The position numbers and the translations under genes were made by a program. From contig NC_043002.1 in the NCBI RefSeq assembly GCF_006345805.1, positions 72,974,001-73,038,000 of the forward strand: 64,000 bases of DNA. The letters run 5' to 3'. The stretch is from Octopus sinensis. Lineage: Eukaryota. Each line of letters starts with the position of its first letter. The first letter of the stretch is position 1. This document shows positions 50,560-62,182 of this stretch, piece after piece. The notes under the pieces were generated by a model. It had not been told where the DNA came from. It did no database searches and was given only the letters and a program-made list of their open reading frames with translations.

Positions 50560-51254
50560 ATATAGGGGAGCACCAGTGGGGAGGGGTGGTTCAGAGAAAT
50601 GATGACAGGTTCTAGGCAAGTAGAACGTAGGATATCGAGAGAGGGGTAATGCATGGTGAAATAGCGTATTGAAGAGGGGGGTTCGAAGAGTAGACACCTA
50701 TAATGGTGGTGGGAGAAGTGACATCCGGTATAGATGGAGCAAAATATAGAGATATCCGGTATTGGTGGTGGGGGTGGGCAGGGCGGGTGCACCGCGAAGA
50801 TACGAAGTTTGATTTTAGACGAATGAAGATAGATAGATAGATAGAGAAATTTGATAAATAGTTAGACAGATAGAGAAACATAAGAGGGAGTATCCGGTGT
50901 AGATGGTGAGAACAGTGTTCACCGGTATTGGTGGTGGGGGTGGGAGGGCGGGCGCACCGCGCATTGGGAGAAGATGAGGTTTTTGGGAGAAGATGAGGTT
51001 TTAGGCGGCAGAAAGAAGACAGGATTGAGATGAAATGCTTTGCGGTGGTGTGAATAAGTTTTTGTGAGTGAAAGTTTTTATGCTTCAGCTAGCATTTGAG
51101 ACGAAAGACAACGATAACGCTATTAGATGGGGATACAATAATAATAAGGCTTGCAAAAACAATGAAAAGAGGAAACAGGTCGGGAACTTAGCTTGATGTT
51201 TTTCATCCTGCGGTATTGGCTAAGCCTGTGGAAGCGAGTGAAGGTGAGATATAT

Positions 51255-51294
<40 letters not shown>

Positions 51295-51420
51295 TGAAAA
51301 CAGAGGGAGAACCGACACCACATAGCGAGAGAGAGAGAGAGACATAGTGACACCGCGCGTATATGAAAATAAAACAAAAAAAATATATAGCGTTGTATAT
51401 GACACAATATGTTACATAAC
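50560..51420. other. CpG-rich unclassified element with a duplicated G-rich module
   Basis: ccggtattggtggtgggggtggg(c)agggcggg(t/c)gcaccgcg at 50756-50796 and 50922-50961. Confidence 0.5.
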
Positions 51421-53333
51421 ATAGGTTTCAAATTTTAGCACAAGGCCAGCAATTTAGGGGATGGGGGTAAGTTGATTACACTGACCCCAATGCTTAATGT
51501 TAGGAAGGGCCTCCAGCTGTATAAACCATGCCAAGAGAGACAGTGGAGCTTGGTGCCGTCCTCTGGTTTGCCAACTCCTATCAAACCATCCAATTCATGC
51601 CAATGTAGGAAATGGATGTTAAATGATGATGATGATGGTGGTGGTGGTGATGGCGGTAGCGGCACATCATCATCATCATTATTCAGGTATGTCCAACTTG
51701 TCCACTTAACTAACAAGATGTATCTTGTAAAAAATACTCGATAGATGGCAACATGGAAAGTTACCTTTGTATTCTCCAGTGACAGTTTCCATGGCAAGCA
51801 TGTGACAGAGAAATGAATGAAGAGATCTGTAGAACTATGTAAAACATTGAACTCAAAAACTGAAATGCTGTTAGCAGAAAATGTTAATAAGTATAGCATT
51901 CCCCTTTTTTAGGTATTATATTTCTCATCACTTCCTTTCTTCAAGAAATGAAGGAAGAATGTTTAACATGTAAACTAGTTTATGGCGCCAACAAGAAAAG
52001 ATGCTTCAGTAAACAGAAAACCCAATAATTAATCTAATTTGCATATATTAAAATGAAAATTTTGTTTTGAGGGGGGAAAATTTCATGTTATCTCTTTGGG
52101 CAGTGCAGAAGATTATGAATTAAAATATCTTCAAGTCATTGTTATTTATCTAAAATTATATGTATGCTTCAGCAAATTTTGAAAAACATGCCATTTTTTT
52201 CCCTTTTGTAGTTTGTTATTTGTTTTTTTTTTTTTTACTATTTTTAAAATTCACTTGTTGTTGAAGAAAACTTTTATATTATTGCTTTCTTTTAAGCTGC
52301 CTCCTCCTCCTCTTTCGGTACTGCATTGTTTTCCATCTTATATTTAATTTTGGTATGTTCTAATGATGTAAAATATAACCATAATTATGTGTTGTGGCAG
52401 ATGGTAGTTGTCATCAGTAATAAAGCCCCAGCTTTAGATGTAAATGCCCCAGGGAGAATTCAGTGTGAAAATGAATGAAAAGAAAAGTAAAAAATGGAAT
52501 AAGAAAAATCCCAACAAACTATTTCATTAAAAAGAACAGATATTTTTAACAACAAAAATACAAAAGGAATTGTTGTAATTGAGTAGTTCAGTGTTATACA
52601 AAAGATATATGATATGAAGTTAACCAACTGTGTATTGAATAACAGTTCGTAGATGCAGGACCAAGATACGATGCTTTTCAGCCTGGTCTAAGACCAATTC
52701 ACATACTCAAGCAAGATATACCTTGTACAGAGAACACTGTAGAGGTTGTGACATCAGTCAATAATTCCCTGATGCCATTTGCATGACAGAATGATACATA
52801 AATTAACATATTTAACCGTTGACTTCTTGTGCCTTTAAGTTGATGAAAGATCCCTGATGACTACCATAATAAGTGTCACATACTTGCCATGGCACTGTCA
52901 CTGAAAAATTCTAAGCTAACTTCCCCGTTGCCTTCTTTTTGGGTATGTTTTACAAGATATATCATGTTGGTTAAGTAGACGTTGGCCATACCTGAATGCA
53001 GTACCATCATCATCATTTAACATCCATTTTCCACACTGGTATGTAATTCATGGTTTGACAGGAGCTGGCTAGCCAGAGAACTGCTCCAGCCTTCACTGTC
53101 TCTTTTGGCATGGGTTTTTTTAATGGTTGAATGCCCTTCCTAATGCCAACCACTTTACAGAGTGGATGGGTGCTTCCCTCTTTATAAATTCTTGTGAGGG
53201 ATTTATAAAGAGGGAAGTAGATAAGGCATTAAACTCTCTATTGAGGGGTCATGTTCACATAATCATATGCATTAGTTTAATAATTGTGCATGAAAGTGTG
53301 TGTGTGTGTGTGTATATGTGGTATCATCATCGA

Positions 53334-53368
<35 letters not shown>

Positions 53369-53372
<4 letters not shown>

Positions 53373-54585
53373 TAAAGGGTAGGGTACGTAGCCGCCATGT
53401 ATATAGGTAAACGTTAAAAAAACACAATATGATTGTTTTTACGTTATTTTGTATTTTTATCCGTGCTTTCTTTATTGTTTTTACGTATTTTTGAATTTTT
53501 TTTTTTTTTCGAGTAACATCGTCCGTTTTTCCGTCACCGTGTTGTATACTTTCGAGGTTTTCTTCCAAGGAATCTAATGCGATTGGCTTAGATTTCCCTT
53601 GGTTGGCTGCCCAGATTGGAGCAATCTCAAGATTAATCAGCCGAAATTGCGAAGATGATTGGTTCTTGACTGATGACTGAGAGCTTCGAAAGTCCCGTCT
53701 GTGTGTTTTTTTGCCGTCTTCAATGTTTTCACGTTCTTGTCCCATTTGTGTTTTTTTAACGTTTACCTATATACATGGCGGCTAGGTACCCTACCCTTTA
53801 ACCCTATACTGTAAGTATATTACTCTCTAACTTTGGTACGACTCTACTACTCTGTCTCTTTTCCCCCCTCTCCTACTTTTCTGCCTGCACCCTTTTCACT
53901 CCCCTTGTTCTGTCTCTTTCCCTCTTTTTCTTCTCCTCCCTTGTTCCCCTTCTTTCTTTCTCTCTTCCTCCGTCCCTCCTCTCCCACATTTCTCTGCCTC
54001 TCAGACCTTATACCCCACTTGACCTGTCCTTTCCCTCTCCTGCTTCTCTCTTCATCTGTCCCTTCCTCCTTTTTGTGCTCACGTGACCAGCTAGCTACTA
54101 CTGCCTTTCGCATCAAGTAGTGGCTTGACCACACGTATGTGTTTGTGCTCCGTTTGCCTTCAGGCATTTTTACCACAGCCAGCCCTATACTCAACTCGTC
54201 CTGTCGAAAGACGCTTGTCCTGACGTCCTGGTTTTGTTATGATTGTTTTTACGTTATTTTGTATTTTTATCCGTGCTTTCTTTATTGTTTTTACGTATTT
54301 TTGAATTTTTTTTTTTTTTCGAGTAACATCGTCCGTTTTTCCGTCACCGTGTTGTATACTTTCGAGGTTTTCTTCCAAGGAATCTAATGTGATTGGCTTA
54401 GATTTCCCTTGGTTGGCTGCCCAGATTGGAGCAATCTCAAGATTAATCAGCCGAAATTGCGAAGATGATCTGGTTCTTGACTGATGACTGAGAGCTTCGA
54501 AAGTCCCGTCTGTGTGTTTTTTTGCCGTCTTCAAAATGTTTCACGTTCTTGTCCCAGTTTGTGTTTTTTTAACGTTTACCTATAT
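53369..54585. mobile_element. Young partial-tandem repeat with ~62-bp terminal inversion (Penelope-like architecture or MITE plus partial copy)
   Basis: 53369-53804 has near-perfect ~62-bp inverted ends; its internal ~345 bp is repeated directly at 54238-54585 with few differences. Confidence 0.7.
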
Positions 54586-54755
54586 ATATATATATATATA
54601 TGTATGTATAGGCGTGCAGGAGTGACTGTGTAGTAAGAAGCTTGCTTCCCAACCACATGGTTCTGACTTCAGTCCCACTGCATGGCACCTTGGGCAAGTG
54701 TCTTCTACTATAGCTTCGGGCCAACCAAAGCCTTGTGAGTGCATTGGTAGACATC

Positions 54756-54799
<44 letters not shown>

Positions 54800-54806
<7 letters not shown>

Positions 54807-54990
54807 TGGTTAATCCAAACAAGAAAGCACAAAAAAACACAACAACGCGAGGACGTGGAACAAATATAGTATTATTGGATGCTCAGGAAAGAAGGAGGGT
54901 TTAACGTTTCGAGCGGAGCTCTTCGTCGGAAAGATCCAGAGAAGGGAAGACAGAGGGAAAAAAATCGCCAACGGTACACACGAGGTCAAG
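54800..54990 (-). mobile_element. Penelope-type terminal repeat fragment
   Basis: CpG-rich, abuts (TA)n, contains ccgacgaagagctccgctcgaaacgtt. Confidence 0.65.
54900..54932 (-). ncRNA. Minimal type-I hammerhead ribozyme motif (U4C core variant)
   Basis: TTT-CCGACGA-A-GAGC tcc GCTC-GAAA-C-G-T-T-AAA; palindromic AACGTT stem III, 3-bp stem I. Confidence 0.5.
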
Positions 54991-55236
54991 GCAGGTACAC
55001 CAAATTGTAGTTATGCCCAAACGTACATTTTTGTGTATTTGTGTCTGTGTTTGTCCCCCTGCCATCGTTTGACAAACAATGTTGTAGTTTTTATGTCCCC
55101 GTAACTTAGCATTTCAGCAAAAGTGACCAATAGAATAAGTACCAGGCTTACAAAGATTATCCTGAGGGTCGATTTGTTCAACTAAAAGCTGTGCTCCAGC
55201 ATGGCAGCAGTCAAAATGACTGAAACAAGTAAAAGA

Positions 55237-55275
<39 letters not shown>

Positions 55276-56090
55276 GGTTCAGGTATGACAGTGTAGTTAA
55301 GAAGTTTGTGTCCTAGCCACATGGTTTAGGTTCAGTCCCACTGTGTGACAACTTAGCCAAATGTCTTCTAATATAGCTCCAAACTGATCAAATCCTTGTG
55401 AATGGATTTGGTAGACAGAGATTGAAAGAGGCCTGTTGTGCATTTACATGTATCTGTGTTTATCTCCTTTGTCTCCATATCATGTTATGTATGCAAGTAA
55501 GTGCAACCCTCATACAAGTAGTAACATTTGTTTATAATCTACCATGTCCTTACTTGGGAATTTGCCGCAAGGAACTTCATCTGACTCATGCAGGCATAGA
55601 AGGCATGACAATGAGGATGATGATGATGATATATGGGTATGATGATCAGGCACATGCTGTCAGTAATTACTCAGGGTAGGCAGTTGGTAACGTTTATGTA
55701 GTAAAACACAAAAAAATAAGCAAAACACAGACGCTTGACTGAGTTGGAGTCAGATTTACTTCTGCCTTTATAGCGCATAAAGAAAACGTTGTTGTAGGAA
55801 TGCATGCAGCACATGTACTTCCGCAATATTATGCATAGCTTTAATACTGAAATTGAAAGGCAAGGGCGAATTATGCCTACCTAATCTACAAAAAAATAAG
55901 ATATTTTGCATTTTATACATAATAATCAGAGTAACCTTCATAATTTTATTGAATTAGGTGCATATATTGCCATAAAAGGAAAATGTTGCTATCGATCTAT
56001 TTTATTCAGGGTAGGCACTGCCTACCTTGCCTACCCAGGTGGCACATCCCTGATGTTGATGCAAACAGGAAAAATAGAACTCAAAATAGA

Positions 56091-56123
<33 letters not shown>

Positions 56124-56124
<1 letters not shown>

Positions 56125-56225
56125 TTATTAATGTTTAGCAGAAGTAACAGAGTGACTCAAGGTCTGAGAGTTTTGTGTATTGGCGCAAGTAAGTCACTCT
56201 GTTACTTTTGCTAAATATTAATAAA
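56124..56225. repeat. 33-bp inverted repeat with 34-nt spacer
   Basis: 56125-56157 vs 56192-56224, two mismatches. Confidence 0.85.
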
Positions 56226-56383
56226 TTTATATATGTATGGTAAATGAGAGATGGGATTTTTGGAATATACAAGAATTCATTATTAATCATGGCAATATTG
56301 ACTGATACTGTTGGTCCTGCCACCTATGGTTGCTTTCAGAGTAAGAGGTGGAGCGAAAGAGAATTTGCTAAGAAATAGAAAGA

Positions 56384-56620
56384 AGGCGGTGAGCTAGCAG
56401 AAACCTTAGCATGCTGGGCGAAATGCTTAGCGGTATTTTATCTGCTGTTACATTCTGAGTTCAAATTCCACCGAGGTCAACTTTGCTTTTCATCCCTTCG
56501 GGATCGATAAATTAAGTACCAGTTACGCACTTGGGTTGATGTAATCGACTTAATCACTTTGTCTGTCCTTGTTTGTCCCCTCTATGTTTAGCCCCTTATG
56601 GGCAATAAAAAAATAAGAAA
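56384..56620 (+). mobile_element. SINE family B, full length
   Basis: Head gaaggcggtgagctagcag, tail aaaaataagaaa. Confidence 0.9.
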
Positions 56621-57313
56621 TAGTAGGGAGGGGGAAATTTCCCTGAAGGGGAGAGAACCACTCAGGGCTTATAATTTTTTTTTTTTTATTATGTGATGTC
56701 TTTTTCTTATTTTTTCCTTATTATATATGTTTGTAAACTGAAACTATTTCCCCCACAGTAAATTGAAGAGTAGGCACAGCGAATTCGAGATGGCATGTGC
56801 ACTAAGAAGAAGCTAGACAGCAACTGATGTTCTCCTGCTGATATTCCCAGCTTGTTACCAAACATTGCCAGCTTGCGTGTTTGTTATTCAAGATACTGTT
56901 TGTCACCCGAAATATTTTACGTTAGAAAAATTGTTTGTAAACTGATTTGTTCATAATATGAAACATTCATAAACTGGGGTTCCATTGAATCCAGAACTTG
57001 GGCAAAATGTTGCCATCCACTACTACTGTAATAATGGTTTCAAATTTCGACACAAGGCTAGCAATTTTGCTCCACAAGTACCTATTTTATCAATCCCAAA
57101 AGGACGAAAGGCAAAGTTGACCTCAGTGGGATTTGAACTCAGAATGTAAAGACAGATGAAATGCAACTAAGCATTTTGCCTGGTGCAGTAATGATTCTAA
57201 TAAAAGAATTATATGAAAAAGAAACATGGATGCTCTTTCCACTCTTTGGTAATGATTTCTCAACATAAGGGGGAAAAGAATATGTAGAAGTGATTCTCCC
57301 CACTTGAGCAGCA

Positions 57314-57389
<76 letters not shown>

Positions 57390-57669
57390 CACATATAATA
57401 ACTCCCAGTGAACAAACCATGTGTGTGTGTGTGTGTGTGTGTGTAAAGAACTGTAAAAGTGCTTGATACACATCTGGAGAAAAGTGATTCATATTGGTTA
57501 ATTAGGATTTTGATGTAATTACTCTGTTTCACACAGTTCTATCTCTTATACTGACTATAATCACTGAGACTATATGAAACCAATGGTATAAGCTTGATAA
57601 AAGCCTTAGTGTTCATACACCTTTATGGACAAGGAAACATATTTAAAACACACACTTTGAATGTTGATT

Positions 57670-58470
57670 ATTTAACTGTCATGCTGTCCTGCCAGTGAAT
57701 GCATATGATCCTGCACAGTGGCCTTGTGTGAAACTGTTCCAGCTATTTGATGTGCCTGTGCTATGGGGTCTATGTTTGACATCCATAGAGTAGTGTAGAA
57801 ATGACTACAACCTTGTAGATCTTGACCTTTGTTGATAGTCTGATGCCTTTCTGCTGGAGGACTTTTTACTTTTAATCTTCCAAGTGCTTGGCTAGTCTTG
57901 TGGATTCTGGATATAATTTCACTGTCCAATGATCCATCAGCTGAGATTGTGCTGCCAAGAGGTGCTGGACAGAGCTTGTTCAGATAGATATCATTCAACC
58001 ACAGTAGAAAAAAAGTTACATCAAAATATCTGTGACCTCAAGGGGGCAGTAAGGCACCTATTCACCTTCAAAAGGCTCAGTTACGCTGGATTGGCCATGT
58101 CATCAGAATGACTGACAACCGTGTGCCCAGACAGTTGTTGTATGGCAAGCTCACGCAGGGCTCATGCAAACGAGGAAGACCTTAAACTGAGGTACAAAGA
58201 CAAACTGAAAAATAACCTCAAATGGAGCAGCATTAGCCCTTGTGAACTCAAAGCCTCTTCCACAAACAGATCGGTGTGGAAGTCTCACACCTTACAAGCA
58301 ACAGCTGCCTTCGAAGAGGACCAGCAACAACATCTCAGTGCTGTAAGATGTCAGAGGGCAGCATCTGCCTTAATCCAGTCAAAAAACTATCACTGTGACA
58401 TCTGTGAGTGCCTGTGTGCGTCCAGCTTTGGACTGCGGTGTCACATGCGCTCTCATTGCTGACACTGGTG
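57670..58470 (+). mobile_element. RTE-clade LINE 3' end with inverted 5' segment
   Basis: Minus 57957->57670: LGSTISADGSLDSEIISRIHKTSQALGRLK...LLYGCQT...WQDSMT; plus 57952->58462: QEVLDRA...QLRWIGHVIRMTDNRVPRQLLYGKL...RGRP/KLRYKDKLKNNLK...CDICECLCASSFGLRCHMRSH (C2H2 finger). Confidence 0.88.
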
Positions 58471-59271
58471 GACTACCTATCATCGTTTAATTGTACTTAT
58501 GTGTTTGCAAGTGAATAGTCAAACACAGAACATGTTTGATTGCACATTTTCTGATCTTCTTCAGTGAAATATATATATAAAACCTTGCAATATATTATTC
58601 TAAACAATCTGTTGTATATTGAACCTATTGCAGGAATGCAGGAATACTGATAGCAATAGTCTTGGAGACAGAGTTGGTGACAATTGTAGCAGCAGTTGTG
58701 GCTATTGTAGTTGTAGGAGGGGGTGGTGGTGGCGGTGGCAGTAGCGGTAATAGAGATAGTGATAGTAGTAGAAGTAATTTTACTAGTTATTCATCCTGGT
58801 GGCAAATAAAAGTAATCATTATTATTGTTATACTTAGGGATGGTCATATTTTGCCAATTATTATTATTATTATTATTATTTTTCTTAAATAAAATGCTTT
58901 TTCACTAGAGAATGACTGTTAGTCTATTTCCACGGCACTCAGTTTATTGCAATTTGTACAAAAGAAAGGAAAGCTGCAGACAATTCTTGGAATTGATAAC
59001 TAATTTAATACCCCGAAGTAATTTGCTATAATTACTAACTGGTTCAATGGTTGAAATGCGTAGGAAGATTTTTCTTCCTGCAACTTATTCAATAGACTTT
59101 GAGATATTTCTGATCTATAATTTACATTCCATTCTCATCATTAAGACAGTATTGTTAATGTGGCTTTTTGTTTGTTTGTTGTTGTTTATTCCCATGTTAG
59201 TGCTGATCAAGCAGAGCTTTGATCAAAGATGGTGATCATGTTGTCTTTGGTTAAGGTTAATGTAGACTGAT

Positions 59272-59502
59272 TTATTTACTGCCCACAAGGGGCTACACAC
59301 AGAAGGGGCAAACAAGGACAGACAAATGGATTAAGTCGATTATATCAACCCCAGTGCGTAACTGGTACTTATTTAATCGATCCCAAAAGGATGAAAGGCA
59401 AAGTCGACCTCAGCGGAATTTGAACTCAGAACATAGCGGCTGATGAAATACCGCTTAGCATGTCGCCCGGCATGCTAACGTTTCTGCCAGCTCGCTGCCT
59501 TA
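59272..59502 (-). mobile_element. SINE family B, full length
   Basis: Similarity to other copies. Confidence 0.9.
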
Positions 59503-59754
59503 TTTAATGTAGTCTTGTCCCAGACTACATTAACCTCGATGCAAACATTTCTTTCTCTTTCAAAAGTTATAGGATTGTCGTTTGAGGGAAATTTGGCTGT
59601 TATTTCTAGAAGATCAGCAGTACCCAACCTCTCCTGCACTGTGGACTGGCTTCGTGTGAGACAATAATTTTTCCATGGACTTGGGTTGCATGCACATAAT
59701 AAAACACAATAAGATGCATACTATATAATTATTACATATATAATTCGTATTGGT

Positions 59755-59967
59755 TTCAAATTTTGGTACACAGCTAGCAGTTTTGGTTGGGGGTTTAAAT
59801 CAATTATATTGACCCCAGTACTCAACTGGTATTTATTCTATCAACCCTGAAAGGATGAAAGGCAAAGTTGAGCCATCAGAATTTGAACTCAGAATGTAAA
59901 GATAGACAAAATGCCTCTAAGCATTTTTGCCTGGTGTGCTAATGATTCTGCTAGCTTGCTGCCTTCA
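59755..59967 (-). mobile_element. SINE family B
   Basis: Similarity to other copies. Confidence 0.85.
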
Positions 59968-59984
59968 ACCTATATAATACATAG

Positions 59985-60485
59985 AGTAAAGGGTAAAGAC
60001 CCTCTTCAGTCATGAATGACCATGAGATTGCACCTAGAAAGTTACCCTCTGAGGTACAAGTCTGGGCAAGACTGCGTATGGAAAGACGATGAGCTGGCAG
60101 CAATGTTAGCACCCTGGGCGAAATGTTTAGCGGTATTTCATGTCTTTATGTTCTGAGTTCAAATTCTCCCATGGTCGACTTTGCCTTTCATCCTTTCAGG
60201 GTTGTTAAATCAAGTACCAGTTGCATACTGGGGTCAATCTAATCAACTGACCCCCTCCCCCAAAATTTTAGGCCTACAAAATTTTAGTAGAAAAGATTGT
60301 TTATGGAAGACCAGCAGTCTCCCATGCATACCACCAATGTTATCCAAGGGAAAGGCAAACACCGATACAACTTGGCACCAGTGATGTCGCATTTCATTTC
60401 TACAGCTGAGCGAACTGATGCAACATGACAAGAACACAACATGATTGTAAGCTCAATGATCTAACCACTGAGCCATGCGCCTTCA
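59985..60485 (-). mobile_element. tRNA-headed SINE containing a nested family B SINE (60088-60290, +)
   Basis: Head gaaggcgcatggctcagtggttag on minus; imperfect ~20-bp duplication aagactgcgtatggaaagac / aagattgtttatggaagac flanks the insert. Confidence 0.7.
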
Positions 60486-60754
60486 AATATATAATACATA
60501 TATAATATATATATATATATATATAATACATATATAATACATATATAATGTAAAAACACTCTACAGATTGTGATAGTCATTAAAATAGAGATAAAATTTA
60601 AAAGCTTTTTCGTTTTATTTTTTCTTTTTGTAGTCCAGTACCAGATGCTCCATAGTCCCAGCACTGATCTGTGACCCAGTATTTTGGAAACCCCTGCTAA
60701 GGAGGGCAAATAGGAGTTTGTGATACTATTGTTTTTGCCAAAATACTTGATCTT

Positions 60755-60996
60755 TTATTCTTTACTTGTTTTATTCAGGAGACTGCGGTCATGCTGGGGC
60801 ACCGCCTTGAAGAATTCTTATTGAATGAACTAACCCCCAATACTTATTTTTATTTTAAGCCTGGTACTTATTTTATCGTTCTCTTTTTCCTGAACTGCTA
60901 AGTTATAGGGACATAAACACACCAATTCCAGTTGTCAAGCTGTGGTGGGGGACAAACACTGACACAAAGATATGCATACACACACATATATGTATG

Positions 60997-61058
<62 letters not shown>

Positions 61059-61110
61059 TACGACAGGCTTCTTTCAGTTTCCGTCTACCAAATCCACTTA
61101 CAAGGCTTTG
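60755..61110 (-). mobile_element. SINE family A, lacking head
   Basis: Similarity to other copies. Confidence 0.85.
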
Positions 61111-61159
61111 CTAGTACGGAAAACGGACATTAAACGATGATGATGATGATGATGATGAT

Positions 61160-61530
61160 GATATGAATTTTTTGCATAAGATAAAAAACCAAGGCTGTAT
61201 AGATATTAGAGCATTTATAGATAGAAGGTCTTACAGCTGTTTCTAGGATATTAATTAATAATATCTCTTCATCGGAGACGGTGTGAGAGGAAAATTGTCA
61301 TTGTTAGTTTAGATGTGATACAAAATAGAGAGTAAGGTGGAGGAAAGAAAATAGATGTAAGCTATGTATGGATATTGAATTTGTAAATCCGTTTTATAGG
61401 CATAATGGTATATATGCAATATTCCAATATCCTTTGAAAATCCAAAAGTCCAACAGAGTTTAATATGAGTCCTTCTAAATATAGAGTTTATAAGTTATGT
61501 AAGATTCCCTTATGAGTGAGATGTCCGTAT
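61160..61530 (-). mobile_element. Probable Penelope-type terminal fragment
   Basis: Inferred from the embedded minimal hammerhead; no GIY-YIG or RT frame recognisable. Confidence 0.45.
61228..61279 (-). ncRNA. Minimal type-I hammerhead ribozyme motif (U4C core variant, GUA cleavage triplet)
   Basis: GTCT-CCGATGA-AGA GATATT attaatt AATATC CTA-GAAA-C agct G-T-A-AGAC: stems I (GTCT/AGAC), II and III all pair. Confidence 0.7.
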
Positions 61531-62164
61531 GTATATATGACAGGCTTCTTTCACTTTCTGTCTACCAAATCCACTCACAAGGCTTTGGGCCAGCCCAAGG
61601 CTCTAGTAGAATTTTACCAAAATTCCAAGTTATAGGGATGTAAACAAACCAACACCAGTTGTTAAGCTGTAAGGAGAGGTGACCAACATAAAAACATATA
61701 CACATAGGCTTTTCATTTATATATATATATGTGTGTGTACATGACAGGCTTCCTCACAGTTTTTTGTCTACTAAATTCACTCACAAGGCATTGGTTGGCC
61801 TGTAGCTATAGTAGAAGACATTTCCCCTATGTGCTGTGCAGTGAGACTGAACCTGAAAGCACTTGGTTGCAAAGTGAGCTTCTTAACCACACAGCCATGT
61901 TTACACCTAGTTAACAACGAAACAAAAATATTTTTAGTTATTACTCTACCTAGACACGTAGAACTTACAGTCGATGCACCGATAATATATCTTCAGGTTT
62001 ATTAATATATTATTATCTTACATGTTCGCTTATTCATTCCGCATGTATCTTCACATGTCGCCAATTTATCTCTTGATCTCTTTAGTGGTTTTGTTGCAGG
62101 TGTTGATACTTGTAAAAATGATAAAAATATAAACTGCAACTCACTGCAAACAGTTTTGACTTAC

Positions 62165-62182
62165 TACTGACAACCCAACAAT
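62165..62182 (-). CDS. Candidate 18-nt symmetric microexon (ATTGTTGGGTTGTCAGTA)
   Basis: tttttctcaaatttaaacag| acceptor, |gtaagt donor, all frames open. Confidence 0.2.

Larger units (their letters stand above)
54610..55238 (+). mobile_element. SINE family A interrupted by a Penelope-type fragment
   Basis: Head 54610-54755, tail 55030-55238. Confidence 0.8.

Noticed and set aside
52640-52790. Open frame DAGPRYDAFQPGLRPIHILKQ...
   Set aside because: Only a vague resemblance to LINE RT motifs; no splice sites or convincing homology
53272-54534. Two near-identical K-rich ORFs (…LDSLEENLESIQHGDGKTDD…)
   Set aside because: Both lie in the duplicated repeat unit; the open frames come from the A-rich strand and no domain is recognisable
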